The translations under genes and the position numbers were made by a program. A stretch of DNA of 53,827 nt from NCBI GenBank assembly GCA_963845515.1, contig CAWJSR010000052.1, forward strand, positions 1-53,827, read 5' to 3'. Shown here piece by piece: positions 38,468 through 50,244 of the stretch. Within the stretch, counting starts at the first letter, position 1. Each line of letters opens with the position of its first letter. This DNA comes from an uncultured delta proteobacterium. GTDB taxonomy: Bacteria; Myxococcota; Myxococcia; Myxococcales; Anaeromyxobacteraceae. The notes under the pieces are model-generated. The model searched no databases, had not been told where the DNA came from, and saw nothing but the letters and a program-made list of their open reading frames with translations.

Positions 38468-41248
38468 CTACCGGCAGACCCGAACCGCCCCCTCCCGCGA
38501 CGGGCGGCGCGTCTCGAGCGCGCTCACGCGCCGCTGCGCCTCGCCCTTGCCCGGGCCGTCGAGGTCGGCGGCCGAGCGGTAGGCAGCGACCGCGCGCAGC
38601 GCGAGCCCCCGCACGTGCGACCTCCAGAAGGCCTCCTCCAGCGCGCGCGCCTGCCAGAGCCGCGCCTCCTGCGCCGAAGTGGAGCCGGGGTTGGCCTGGA
38701 GGAACTCCACGGCGCGGCGCGCGACGTCGTCCGGCGTGCACGGGGCGGCGAGCGGGATCAGTCGCAGCGCCGCCCGCTCGGCGAGCGGCCCAGTCCCTTC
38801 GACGCGAGCCTCGAAGGCCCCCAGGTACCTGAGGCCATTGCGGACACCGAAGATCGGCGCCCCCAGCAGGCTCGCCGCCCGGTTGAACCGCCCGGCGGCA
38901 CCGGAGGGCAGCGCCGCAGCGGCTCGCTCTGCGATCCGGCCGGCTGCGAGCAGGACATCGGCTCGGGACGACGAGGACTGGAGGTGGCGCGTGAAGCCGG
39001 CGAGCAGCTCCAGGGCCTGCGTGTAGCGGCGATCCTTCGCCAGCGCCTCCGCCAGCTCGATCGCCGCGGCCCCCGACGCGCTGCCGAGCCCCAGCGCCAC
39101 GGCGTCGTACCGCCCGGCACCCTGCTCGGCCCGGAGCTGGACGAGGACCGGCGCGCTCGCGCGCGCGACGGGGCCGACCGGGACGAAGAGCACCTGCCCC
39201 GCTCCTTCCTTCGCGGCGGGCTCGAACCGGACCCGGTCCGCTGGCCTGGGTTGCGCCAGGTCCTCCTCGTCCGGCGTCCAGGTCTGGGCGGAGAGCGCGA
39301 GCCGATCGGCGGGCAGCGCCACGAACAGCTCGGGCCGCTCCGCCTCGGCGCGCGGCGCCACCGCGAAGAGGTCCGGATCCTCCTTCGACGTCTCGCCGTG
39401 GATGACCCTCCCCTCGCCGAGCGGGTTGCGCGCCGCGAGCGTGCTCCACTCCGCGAAGCGGACGAAGCGCTGCGAGACCGAGTCCGGCCGATCGTTCGGC
39501 TCCAGCTCCTCCCCGACCTTCGGATCAGTGAGCCTGACCTCCAGGACGTAGGCGTCGGTCGGCTTCTCCACCGGCCCGATGTCGTCGCGATGACGCTCGC
39601 GGACCGCGAGGAAGTAGCTCCCCGAGTCGACCGACGCGGCGAGGGCCTCTGCCCTGCCCGCGGTGCCGCGGTCCACGTTGGCGAGGAGCGGGGCGGCCGT
39701 CCTGCCCGAGCCGTCGTCGCGCTGGCGATTGAGCGTGAGCGCGACGTCGAGCCCACGGATTCCTTCGCCCTTCCGCTCACCCGACCACTCGGCGACCAGG
39801 ATCGCGGGACCAGCGCCGGCCGGGACCTCCAGCCGGAAGACGTCGATGTCCCCCGTCGTGTCCGAGATCCGGGCGCCGATGTGGCCGTGCATGAGCGCGA
39901 CGCCTCGGGCCACCCGGCCGTCCGGCCCCGCAGGGATGGGGAGCGGGTTGGCCTGCGTGGGGGAGTCGTTCGGCTCGTGCTCCTCCCCGTCGTAGAGGTC
40001 GGGCGGACGGAAGCTGGCGGGCATGGAGGCCGCCACCTTCGGCGCTCCGCGCGCCAGGAGGGCGTAGACGTCCGGCCAGCGCCAGACCATCAGGGCGGTG
40101 ACGAGGAGCAGCCCAGCGACGATGGCCGGCGCGGCGACTCGTCCACGCTTGATGGCGAGCACCTGTCGCTCGAAGTCGCGGAAGTCGTCCCGGTTGGCGA
40201 TCAGGAGCTCGCCGGTCACCTGCGGCGTCAGCGGGTGGCGTGGCGTCGGCGGGCCGGAGGGCTCCCCGGCCAGGAGGAGCGCCTCGCGCATCTCGTCGGC
40301 GGTCTGGAAGCGATCCTCGGGACGCTTCGCCAGCGCGCGGTGGACCACCTCCGAGATCGCGATCGAGATCTCGGGCGCGAACTGCTGGATCGTCGGCGGC
40401 GGCTCGTTGAGGTGCGCGTTGACCACGGCGAGCGGGTTCGAGGCGACGAACGGCGGCCGGCCCGTGAGCAGCTCGAAGAGGAGGGCGCCAACCGAGTAGA
40501 GGTCGGCCCGCGCGTCGACGTCCCGCCCGCGGGCCTGCTCCGGCGCGAGGTAGCTCGGCGTGCCGATGATCGCCCCCGCGGACGTGACCGACGCGCCCTT
40601 CTCGTCGCGCAGCTTGGCGATCCCGAAGTCGAGGACCTTGGTGAAGTCGTCCCCGGTCCGCGTCTGCGTCAGCATCACGTTCCCGGGCTTGATGTCCCGG
40701 TGGACGATGCCCGCGTCATGCGCCTCGGCGAGCGAGCCGAGGATCTGCTGGCCGATCGTGATCACCCGCGGCGCCGGGATGCGCTTCTCGGTGCGGAGGA
40801 CGGACGACAGGTCCCTTCCAGGGACGTACTCCATGGCGAGGTAGAGCCCGGAGACCACCCCGATCTCGCCGAAGTCGAAGACCGCGATGGTGTGGGGGTG
40901 GGAGAGGCGCGAGACGATCTGCGCCTCGTCCCCGAACCGCCTGATCGCGCCCGCGTCGCTGGCGAAGTCCCCGCGCAGGAGCTTGAGCGCGAGCGCCTTT
41001 CCCATCCGGACGTGCTCGGCCTTGTAGACGGCCCCCATGCCCCCTTCCCCGAGGAGTGTCAGGAGCTTGTAGCGATCGGCGATGACCGATCCGACCAGCG
41101 GGCCGGCGAGGGTCGTGGGCGCCGCGTCGCCGCGCAGATCCGTGCCGCACTTCGGGCAGAAGTTGACCGGCCCCCCCGACGTATCGGCGAGGTATCCGCA
41201 TCTTGCGCAAGGTGGCTGTGCCGCGGGGGGGGCGACCGGTTCCGACAT
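38468..41248 (-). CDS. Ser/Thr kinase: Zn-ribbon, kinase, TM and extracytoplasmic domain with ExEPND motifs
   Basis: CARC/CPKC; GEGGMG, HRDIKPGN, DFG, GTPSYLAPE; EHEPND and ELEPND; ATG at 41248. Confidence 0.9.
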   Translation of the reverse strand: MSEPVAPPAAQPPCARCGYLADTSGGPVNFCPKCGTDLRGDAAPTTLAGPLVGSVIADRYKLLTLLGEGGMGAVYKAEHVRMGKALALKLLRGDFASDAGAIRRFGDEAQIVSRLSHPHTIAVFDFGEIGVVSGLYLAMEYVPGRDLSSVLRTEKRIPAPRVITIGQQILGSLAEAHDAGIVHRDIKPGNVMLTQTRTGDDFTKVLDFGIAKLRDEKGASVTSAGAIIGTPSYLAPEQARGRDVDARADLYSVGALLFELLTGRPPFVASNPLAVVNAHLNEPPPTIQQFAPEISIAISEVVHRALAKRPEDRFQTADEMREALLLAGEPSGPPTPRHPLTPQVTGELLIANRDDFRDFERQVLAIKRGRVAAPAIVAGLLLVTALMVWRWPDVYALLARGAPKVAASMPASFRPPDLYDGEEHEPNDSPTQANPLPIPAGPDGRVARGVALMHGHIGARISDTTGDIDVFRLEVPAGAGPAILVAEWSGERKGEGIRGLDVALTLNRQRDDGSGRTAAPLLANVDRGTAGRAEALAASVDSGSYFLAVRERHRDDIGPVEKPTDAYVLEVRLTDPKVGEELEPNDRPDSVSQRFVRFAEWSTLAARNPLGEGRVIHGETSKEDPDLFAVAPRAEAERPELFVALPADRLALSAQTWTPDEEDLAQPRPADRVRFEPAAKEGAGQVLFVPVGPVARASAPVLVQLRAEQGAGRYDAVALGLGSASGAAAIELAEALAKDRRYTQALELLAGFTRHLQSSSSRADVLLAAGRIAERAAAALPSGAAGRFNRAASLLGAPIFGVRNGLRYLGAFEARVEGTGPLAERAALRLIPLAAPCTPDDVARRAVEFLQANPGSTSAQEARLWQARALEEAFWRSHVRGLALRAVAAYRSAADLDGPGKGEAQRRVSALETRRPSREGAVRVCR

Positions 41249-41391
41249 CCGCACGCAGGCTATACGGAAAGCCTCCAGGCCCAAAGCCCCTTGGCCGGGG
41301 GGGGGCGGCGGGCGGAGCCGCCGACCGCTCCGGGCCGTGAGCGGCGGAGAGCCTCCGGCTTTCCTTTCCTCAACCCACCCCCTTGATGTAG

Positions 41392-42438
<1,047 letters not shown>

Positions 42439-42528
42439 TTCGGCGTGCGTCGTGCTGGGGCCCCTCGTACGGGGGGCTCCACGGCGTCGCTGTGTCACAG
42501 GGCTCGCGCTCGGCGACTCTGGCGCCTC

Positions 42529-45500
42529 ATGGAACGGTTCATCGGCATCGACGTCGGGGCCGAATCCCTGAAGCTCGTGGAGCTGGTACGCGAGGCCGGC
42601 GGGCGGCTCGTCTGGTCCCGGCGCAGCCTGACCGACCACCACAAGGAGCCACGGGCGTCGCTGCGCGCCGCGCTCAGCGGCTGGGGCTTCGCCGCGGTGG
42701 ACGGAGCCGCCGTCACCGGCCGGCTCTCACGCCTCGTCGACCTGGAGCGGGTACCGGCGCAGCAGGCCCTGGCGTCCGGCCACCGCTTCCTCCACGGCGA
42801 AGGGCCCGCGGCGGTGGTCTCGATCGGAAGCCACGGCTTCCGCGTGCTGGAGCGGCGCGGCAACGGCGGCGAGGTGTTCCGGGAGAACTCCCGCTGCGCG
42901 CAGGGGACCGGCAACTTCCTGCGGCAGCTCGTCGAGCGCTTCGGGCTCTCCGTGGACGAGGCGGCTGCCCTCGCGGACACCGTCGACGAGGGGGCGGCGC
43001 TCTCCGGCCGATGCCCCGTCATCCTCAAGACCGACCTCACCCACCTCGCCAACAAGGGAGAGCGGCGCGAGCTGCTCCTGGCGGGGCTGCTCGACGCCAT
43101 CTGCGAGAACGTGGAGGTGCTGGTGAAGCCGGGGAGCTGCCCCGAGCGCGTCTACCTCACGGGCGGCGTCGCGAGATCGGCCCGCGTTCGGCGCCACTTC
43201 GCCCGCTACCTGGAGCGGAACGGGATGCGGCTCGCGCAGTCGAGCATGGACGAGGCGCTCTTCGTCGACGCGGTCGGCTGCGCCTTCGTCGCCGCCGAGA
43301 ACCCGCACCGGCCGCCGGCGCTCGACCAGCTGCTCCTCGCTCCCCGCGAGGTCCAGCTCCCGCGCCTCCCGCCGCTCGCCTCGGCGCTCGGCCGCGTCAA
43401 GCGCCCTCCCGCCCCGCCGCGCGGCGGCGTCTCCGGTGTCCGCGACGTCATCCTGGGGTTCGACATCGGCTCTACCGGCTCCAAGGCGGTGGCGCTCGAC
43501 GCCCTGACTGGTCAGCCCATATGGGAGGGATACCTGCGGACCCACGGTGATCCCGTGGGCGCCACGCAGGCGCTCGCGCGGGAGCTCCTCGATGGTCCGG
43601 CAGCCGGCCACCGCGTCCGGGCGGTCGCGGTCACCGGCTCGGGGCGCGAGATCGTCGGATCGCTCCTCGTCACCTGCTTCGGCGGCGAGCGGGTCTTCGT
43701 GCTGAACGAGATCGCGGCCCACGCCGCCGGCGCAGTCCACTGCGACCCCCGCGTCGACACCATCTTCGAGATAGGCGGTCAGGACGCGAAGTACGTCCGG
43801 CTGGAAGGCGGGCGGGTCGTCGACGCTGCGATGAACGAGGCCTGCTCCGCCGGCACCGGCTCCTTCATCGAGGAGCAGGGGCGGCGCTTCGAGGGGCTGG
43901 CCGATCCGCGGGCGCTCGGCGCCGCTGCGCTGGCGGCGCGCGAGACGCTCGGCCTCGGGCAGCACTGCTCCATCTTCATGGCCGAGATCGTCGACGAGGC
44001 GGTCGCCGCCGGCGCGGAGCGCGACGCGATCGTAGCGGGGATCTTCGACTCGGTCGTCGCCAACTACCTGAACCGCGTGAAGGGCAGCCGCTCGGTCGGA
44101 CAGGTGATCTTCTGCCAGGGGATGCCCTTCGCCTCCGACGCGCTGGCCGCGGCGGTGGCGCGCCAGACGGGCTCCGAGGTCATCGTACCGCCCTCCCCGG
44201 GGACCATCGGGGCGCTCGGGATCGCGCTCCTCGCCCGCGGTGAGCTCGCGCTGTCCGGGCTGGCGCCCGTGGACCTGCGGGCGGTCCTCGACGCTCGCGT
44301 CGTGAAAAAGGACGTCTTCGTGTGCGGCTCGACCCAGGGCTGCGGCGGGGCTGGGAACAGGTGCCGGATCGACAGGCTCACGACGCTCGTCGCAGGGGAG
44401 CGCCAGAGCTTCACGTGGGGAGGTGGCTGCGCGCTGCACGAGAAGGGGGCGAGGCGGCGCAAGCTCCCGGACCGGACGCCGGACCCGTTCAGGGAGCGCG
44501 CCGAGCTCGTCCGCAGGCTCGTCCGGCGGCTCGCGCCTCGTCCCGGGAGGCGCGTCGTGGCGATGACGGACGAGTTCTCGCTCAAGGGGCTCTTCCCCTT
44601 CTTCGCGACCTTCGTCCACGGGCTCGGGTTCGACCTCAGGGTCCCGGAGGCCGCCGGCCACCTGGCGCTCAAGCGCGGCATCGAGCGGGCGAACGTCCCG
44701 TTCTGTGCGCCGATGCAGCAGTTCCACGGCCTGGTCTCGGAGCTCGCCGGCCTGGAGGCCGACTTCCTCTTCCTGCCGATGATCCGGGAGACGCCGCGCG
44801 TGGTGGACGAGGGCCACTCCTCGGTGTGCCCCGTCGTCCAGGCCGCCCCCGACGTGCTCCGGTGGGACCTGCGCGCGAAGGTCGCGGGCCGGGTCGTCTC
44901 TCCCGTGATCGACATCGGGGCGGGGCCGCTCACCGACCCACGCTTCCGGGCGGCCTGCGGCCGGCTCGCCGCCGACCTCGGGGTCGCCGAGGGACACGCC
45001 ACGCGCGAGGCCTTCGACGCCGCGCGCAGCGCGCAGCTCGGCTTCGACGCGCAGCTCCTGGAGCTCGGTGCGTGCGCGCTCGCGTTCGCGCGCGCGCACG
45101 ACCTCGTCCCGGTCGTCGTCGCAGGGCGCCCGTACACCATCCACAACGACGTGCTCAACTCGAACGTGCCGTCGATCCTTCGCGAGCAGGGGGCGGTCGC
45201 CATCCCGCTCGACTGCTACCCGGTGGACGGCACGGCCCCGATCTTCGAGGACGTCTTCTGGGGCTACGGCCAGCGCATCCTTCGGGCGGCCTGGCAGCTC
45301 CGGCGCGAGCCGGGGACCTACGCGATCTTCTGCTCCAACTACTCCTGCGGCCCCGACAGCTTCACGGTCCACGGCTTCACGCACCTCATGGAGGGGCGGC
45401 CGTTCGCGGTGATCGAGACGGACGGCCATGCTGGTGACGCCGGGACGCGCACCCGCGTGGAGGCCTTCCTCCACTGCGTGCGGGAGGATCTGCGCGCCCG

Positions 45501-46854
45501 CGTGGCGCGGCCCCCCGCCACCGGGGAGCGGCTCACCGTGCTCCCCGAGACGCTGCGGACGGTCAGGGAGCGCGGCGAGACGGTCCTCTTTCCGCGGATG
45601 GGGAGGGGTGCGGAGGTGCTCGCCGCGGTGGTCCGCGGCGCCGGGATCCCGGCGGAGAGCCTCGCGCTCCCAACTCCTGAGACGGTTCGGCTGGGCCGCC
45701 GCCACACCTCGGGCAAGGAGTGCCTGCCCATGACCGTGACGCTAGGCAGCCTCCTGGAGCGGCTCGAGCGCGAGCGGGGCAGCCACGAGCGCTTCGCCTT
45801 CTTCATGCCGGGCTCGCACGGGCCCTGCCGCTTCGGCGCGTACCGCAACCTCCACCAGCTCGTCCTGGACCGGCTCGGGTGGAGCGACCGCGTACGGATC
45901 TGGTCACCGCCATTCGGCGACTACTTCGCCGGCTTCCCACCCGGGATGAAGGCCATCGCCTTCACCGCCCTCTCGGCCTGCAACACGCTCGAAGCGGCCC
46001 TCCACGACGTCCGCCCGGTGGAGCTGCGGCCGGGGGACGCCACCGCCGTCTTCGACCCCGCGTGGCGCGAGCTGACGGAGCTGGTGGAGGAGCGGATGCG
46101 CGGCGACCTCTCCGCCGGGCGGGCGCTCTGGGAGGCGGGGAGCGGTCGTCTCTACGGCATGGCGTCGCTCCTGCGCCGCGCGGGGAGCGCCTTCGCGGCC
46201 ATCAAGGGAGACCGCGCCATCCCGACGGTCCTCGTCACCGGCGAGGTCTACGTCAGGGCCGAGCCCGGCGCCAACGACGCGATCGTCGACCGGCTGGAGG
46301 AGCGCGGCCTGCGGGTCCACCTGGAGCCGACGATCGACTTCGTCCAGTGGTCCGACACGCTCGCCTGGACCAACGGCGAGAAGCACGGTGCGGCCGACCG
46401 GGTCGAGACGCTGCTCCGCGAGCGGATCCTGGCTGCCTGCCGCGCCTTCGTCGGCGGGCCGCTGGGCTGGCCTCGCCACGGCTCGGTCGAGGAGGCGATG
46501 GAGGCGAGCGCCACCTACGTCCGGAGCGCGCTCGAGGTCGAGACCGTGGTGACCCTCGGCGCTGCGCTCCACGGCTGGCGGCACGGCACGATCGACGCGG
46601 CGGTGAGCGTCGGCCCGCTGGAGTGCATGCCGAACAAGCTCGCCGAGAGCCAGTTCTTCCACGCGGCCGAGCGCGAGGGGCTCCTCTGCCTGTCGCTCCC
46701 GCTCAACGGCGACCCGATCGATCCGGAGGTCCTCGACAACTTCGCCTGGGAGGTCCGCGCGCGCTTCGAGCGCCGGCGGCGGGGCGCGCCACTCGCGCCG
46801 CCGCTCCCCCACGCACCGTCGCCGATCTGCTCGCCGGCGCCGACGGAGGGGTGA
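42529..46854 (+). CDS. CoA-substrate-specific enzyme activase fusion (two BcrAD/BadFG ATPase domains plus DUF2229/dehydratase-like domains)
   Basis: GIDVG..S.K, CAQGTG.F, GFDIGSTGSK, IGGQDAK, MNEACSAGTGSF, YSCGPDS, GKECLP, GPCRFG.Y, ECMPN. Confidence 0.9.
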   Translation: MERFIGIDVGAESLKLVELVREAGGRLVWSRRSLTDHHKEPRASLRAALSGWGFAAVDGAAVTGRLSRLVDLERVPAQQALASGHRFLHGEGPAAVVSIGSHGFRVLERRGNGGEVFRENSRCAQGTGNFLRQLVERFGLSVDEAAALADTVDEGAALSGRCPVILKTDLTHLANKGERRELLLAGLLDAICENVEVLVKPGSCPERVYLTGGVARSARVRRHFARYLERNGMRLAQSSMDEALFVDAVGCAFVAAENPHRPPALDQLLLAPREVQLPRLPPLASALGRVKRPPAPPRGGVSGVRDVILGFDIGSTGSKAVALDALTGQPIWEGYLRTHGDPVGATQALARELLDGPAAGHRVRAVAVTGSGREIVGSLLVTCFGGERVFVLNEIAAHAAGAVHCDPRVDTIFEIGGQDAKYVRLEGGRVVDAAMNEACSAGTGSFIEEQGRRFEGLADPRALGAAALAARETLGLGQHCSIFMAEIVDEAVAAGAERDAIVAGIFDSVVANYLNRVKGSRSVGQVIFCQGMPFASDALAAAVARQTGSEVIVPPSPGTIGALGIALLARGELALSGLAPVDLRAVLDARVVKKDVFVCGSTQGCGGAGNRCRIDRLTTLVAGERQSFTWGGGCALHEKGARRRKLPDRTPDPFRERAELVRRLVRRLAPRPGRRVVAMTDEFSLKGLFPFFATFVHGLGFDLRVPEAAGHLALKRGIERANVPFCAPMQQFHGLVSELAGLEADFLFLPMIRETPRVVDEGHSSVCPVVQAAPDVLRWDLRAKVAGRVVSPVIDIGAGPLTDPRFRAACGRLAADLGVAEGHATREAFDAARSAQLGFDAQLLELGACALAFARAHDLVPVVVAGRPYTIHNDVLNSNVPSILREQGAVAIPLDCYPVDGTAPIFEDVFWGYGQRILRAAWQLRREPGTYAIFCSNYSCGPDSFTVHGFTHLMEGRPFAVIETDGHAGDAGTRTRVEAFLHCVREDLRARVARPPATGERLTVLPETLRTVRERGETVLFPRMGRGAEVLAAVVRGAGIPAESLALPTPETVRLGRRHTSGKECLPMTVTLGSLLERLERERGSHERFAFFMPGSHGPCRFGAYRNLHQLVLDRLGWSDRVRIWSPPFGDYFAGFPPGMKAIAFTALSACNTLEAALHDVRPVELRPGDATAVFDPAWRELTELVEERMRGDLSAGRALWEAGSGRLYGMASLLRRAGSAFAAIKGDRAIPTVLVTGEVYVRAEPGANDAIVDRLEERGLRVHLEPTIDFVQWSDTLAWTNGEKHGAADRVETLLRERILAACRAFVGGPLGWPRHGSVEEAMEASATYVRSALEVETVVTLGAALHGWRHGTIDAAVSVGPLECMPNKLAESQFFHAAEREGLLCLSLPLNGDPIDPEVLDNFAWEVRARFERRRRGAPLAPPLPHAPSPICSPAPTEG

Positions 46855-46859
46855 GCCCC

Positions 46860-49661
46860 TCAGCGCCCCGCGCTCCCCGTCCTGGCGTTCCCGGCCTCGC
46901 AGGTGGCGATCAGCGCCCGGCTGCGCGACAGGGCCCAGCTCCGCCACATGGCGATCGGCTGGTAGGCCGCCTGGAACTGGCGGAGAGCGGCGACCGCCTC
47001 CTCGCAGCGTCCCGCCTCCGCGGCCAGCTCCCCCAGCAGGAAGACCGGCGCGACGCGCCAGGTCACCACGGGGCTCGCGCCTGCCACCCCCCGGAGGTCC
47101 GCGAGCCCCGCGTCGGTCTCGCCGCGCCTGAAGCGCGCCACGGCGTCATGCGTCCGGCGGAGCACCGAGCCGGGCCGCAGGTCGGCCGCGAGCGACTCGC
47201 CCAACGCGAGGTCACCGATCCACGCCACCTCCGCCGCGTGCTCGGCGGCGGCCCTCGGCTCGAGCGCCCGCAGCGCGACGACCTCGCGTGCGACCCGCAC
47301 GGGGTCGTGGTCGCCAAGCAGGTATTCGATCCGCGCGCTGTGGTAGAGGGCCTGCCGCTCGATGCCGGGGAGCGCCTCGCGGAGGGCGTCGAGGGTCGCC
47401 TCGCCCGCGCGCCGGCGCCCACGGTAGCCCTCCATCGCGGCGAGCGCGTAGTACCCCATCGGCCGCACCTCGCTCCCCGGGCTGGCCAGCTCGCGGACCG
47501 CAGCCTCCACCTCTGCGTAGCGGCCAGCGAAGGCCCAGACCGCGAGCAGGTCCTCCTGCGCCGCCACGCCACCGCCCATGGCGATCGCCCGCTTCGCGGC
47601 CGCATCCGCCGCTGGAAGGTCACCGAGCCACCCTCGCGCCAGCACGAGGGCGTGGAGCTCCGCCGGGCGTGCGCTCGCTTCCCAGCGGCTCGCCCACCTC
47701 GTGAGGTCGTCGCGGCGCCCGGTGGCACCGAGGCAGACGACGAGGTGGGAGAGCGCCCAGCCGTACTCGGGATCCACCGCGACGGCCCGCTCGAACCAGG
47801 GGATGGCGGCGGCCAGCTCCTCGCGGCGGCGGAGGATCTCGCCGCTCTGGAACCAGCCCGACCGATCCTGCGGCCACCGCTCGGTGACGATCCGGTAGGT
47901 GGCGAGCGCGTCCTCGTCGCGGCCGTGGAGCCAGGCGTCCCAGGCCTGGATCAGCAGCCGCTCCTTCTCCGGCGCCGCGCCCGCGTGGGCCACGGCCTGC
48001 GCGATGGTCGCGAGCTGCTCGGCGAGCGGCGCGCCGTACCAGAAGCTCCAGAGCGCAAGCTGGTAGTGCGCGGCGGCGAAGCCGGGGTCCAGCTCGGCGG
48101 CCCTGCGGAAGTGAGGGCTGCAGTCCTGCCCGTAGACGGGGCGGGCGGCGCACTGCTCCCCCAGGAAGTAGTGGCGGTAGGCCTCGAGGTCGGTCGTGAG
48201 CGCCGTCCCAACCTGCACCCCGCTCGCGCGCACGTCCTCCGCCCGCTCGCCCAGCTCCGCGCGGACGCGGTTCGAGAGCCTGTCCACCGCCGCCGGGACG
48301 GCGGCCTCGTCGGGCGCCCGTTCCGCCAGGGCGAACCGGACGTCGCCACGGACGGGGCCGATGCCTCTCAGCTCGAAGGCGAAGCCGGGCGCGCCGGGGG
48401 TGACGGAGAGCTCGAGCAGCAGCCGGGCCCCCGCCCGCTGTGCGGCCGCCCGCGCGCCATCGCCCTTCACCCGGGCCGACGCCGGGAAGCCGGCCGAGTC
48501 CCGCAGGACCCGCAGCCGCTCGCGCGGCACGACCGCCACCCGTCGCGACTGCTCGAGCGACGCGAAGAGCATTCCTGCCACGCCGTCCAGCCGGGGGTTG
48601 CCGGTCTCGTTGACGGCGTCGGCGATCGCGACCGCCTCGGCCGCACCCGCGGCCCGATGGAGCCCCAGGTACCAGCCGAGCCCCCCAGCCACCACGGTCA
48701 CCACGGCGGCCACCGCCGCCAGCCGCTTGCGCCTGTTGGCGCGCCCCGCCTGACCGGCGATCGCCTCGAGCGCGTCCCGGAGCTCGGCCGCGTCGTGCGG
48801 CCGCCCCTCCGGATCGATGGCCAGGCAGCGGGCGACGAGGTCGGCGAGCGCGGGCGGGATCCCGGGCCCCTCGAGGCGCGGGGCCCCCCGGCCCTCCACG
48901 GAGTCCTGCTCGCCGAGCCTACGCCCCGAGAGCAGCTCCCAGATCAGGACGCCGGCGGCCCAGACGTCCGCCCTTGCGTCCTCCTCCTCGCCGCGCCGCT
49001 GTTCGGGGGCCATGTAGCCGGGCGTCCCGGCGCCTCGCAGCGGCTCGAGGCCGAACATGTGGGCCAGGCCGAAGTCGAGCACCTTGGGCTCTCCGCTCGG
49101 CGTCAGGAAGATGTTGCCCGGCTTCAGGTCGCGGTGGAGGACGCCGCGCGCGTGGGCGTGGACGAGCGCCCGCGCGATCCCGAGCGCCACGCGGATCGCC
49201 TCGGGGGGCGCCATCGGACCGCGCGCCATCCGCTGGTCGAGCGGCTCGCCGTCGAGCAACTCCAGCACCAGGTACGGACCATGGTCGCTGCGGCCGGCGT
49301 CGTAGAGCGTGACGATGTTGGGGTGTGCGAGCTGGGCCACCGCCTCGGCCTCGCGTCGGAGCAGCTCCGCCCGCACCGGCTCCTGCTCCAGCTTCCCCGG
49401 GCGGAGCACCTTGAAGGCGACGCGCCGGTTCAGCTCGCGGTCGCGCGCCTCGTAGACGACCCCGAACCCTCCGCGCCCCAGCTCGCGCCCCAGCTCGAAC
49501 CGGCCGACGACGTCGCCGGCCTTCAGGCCGCGCCCCCCCGCGCGGAAGTCTCGCGAGGGAGTCCGGGCCAGCTCGGCGAGAAGCGTCGAGAGCCCGCCTG
49601 CGGGCCCGCCGTCGCAGTCGATGGCACCCTTCGCGCCGCGCGTTGGAACGACGTCGCCCAA
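46860..49661 (-). CDS. Ser/Thr kinase with TM and TPR-like C-terminal region
   Basis: GRGGFG, HRDLKPGN, DFGLA, GTPGYMAPE; TPR-like AAELDPGFAAAHYQLA. Confidence 0.92.
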   Translation of the reverse strand: MGDVVPTRGAKGAIDCDGGPAGGLSTLLAELARTPSRDFRAGGRGLKAGDVVGRFELGRELGRGGFGVVYEARDRELNRRVAFKVLRPGKLEQEPVRAELLRREAEAVAQLAHPNIVTLYDAGRSDHGPYLVLELLDGEPLDQRMARGPMAPPEAIRVALGIARALVHAHARGVLHRDLKPGNIFLTPSGEPKVLDFGLAHMFGLEPLRGAGTPGYMAPEQRRGEEEDARADVWAAGVLIWELLSGRRLGEQDSVEGRGAPRLEGPGIPPALADLVARCLAIDPEGRPHDAAELRDALEAIAGQAGRANRRKRLAAVAAVVTVVAGGLGWYLGLHRAAGAAEAVAIADAVNETGNPRLDGVAGMLFASLEQSRRVAVVPRERLRVLRDSAGFPASARVKGDGARAAAQRAGARLLLELSVTPGAPGFAFELRGIGPVRGDVRFALAERAPDEAAVPAAVDRLSNRVRAELGERAEDVRASGVQVGTALTTDLEAYRHYFLGEQCAARPVYGQDCSPHFRRAAELDPGFAAAHYQLALWSFWYGAPLAEQLATIAQAVAHAGAAPEKERLLIQAWDAWLHGRDEDALATYRIVTERWPQDRSGWFQSGEILRRREELAAAIPWFERAVAVDPEYGWALSHLVVCLGATGRRDDLTRWASRWEASARPAELHALVLARGWLGDLPAADAAAKRAIAMGGGVAAQEDLLAVWAFAGRYAEVEAAVRELASPGSEVRPMGYYALAAMEGYRGRRRAGEATLDALREALPGIERQALYHSARIEYLLGDHDPVRVAREVVALRALEPRAAAEHAAEVAWIGDLALGESLAADLRPGSVLRRTHDAVARFRRGETDAGLADLRGVAGASPVVTWRVAPVFLLGELAAEAGRCEEAVAALRQFQAAYQPIAMWRSWALSRSRALIATCEAGNARTGSAGR

Positions 49662-49677
49662 GTATCCCCCCGACCCG

Positions 49678-50244
49678 TCAGTCGATCAGCCGCTCCGCGC
49701 GCGCCAGCTCGGCGAGCTTCTCCTTGAGCCGCTCGAAACGCTTCCGCAGCGCCGGCGAGGAGACCTCCTCGCCGTCCTCCGCGAGGATCGCGGCGATCTC
49801 GTCCCACTCCAGCTCCCGGTCGACCCGAAGCACGAGGAGCGTCTGCTCCTCTGGCGCGAGGGCGGCGCGGAGCCGCGCGAGCCGCTCGCGCCGGCTTCCG
49901 GGGGCCATGCCCGACATCGAGGCCACCGACGCGGCGATCCGGGAGGCGGCGCCGGTCGGGATCCCCTGGCGCCGCCGCCGGAACGGGTCGCGGCGGAAGC
50001 GGCAGGAGGCGTGCCATGCCAGCCGGTAGGACCACGTCCGCAGCGAGGCGTCGCTCCGGAAGCCGGGGAGCCCTCGCCACACGTCCTCGGCGAACATCGA
50101 GAAGACGTCCTTGGCGTCGTCCTCCTCGAGCAGCGAGCAGAGGTACCCGAAGATGCCCGGGCCGAGCGTCTCGATGACGCGCGTCGCCGCCGGCTCGACC
50201 TGGCCGCTGGCGAGGAGCGCCTCGATCTCGGGTTCGAGTGCCAT
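49678..50244 (-). CDS. ECF-type sigma-70 factor
   Basis: Region 2 (DDAKDVF...VWRGLPGFR.DASLRTW.Y.LA) and region 4 (L.PEEQ.LLVLR....L.W.EIA). Confidence 0.88.
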   Translation of the reverse strand: MALEPEIEALLASGQVEPAATRVIETLGPGIFGYLCSLLEEDDAKDVFSMFAEDVWRGLPGFRSDASLRTWSYRLAWHASCRFRRDPFRRRRQGIPTGAASRIAASVASMSGMAPGSRRERLARLRAALAPEEQTLLVLRVDRELEWDEIAAILAEDGEEVSSPALRKRFERLKEKLAELARAERLID

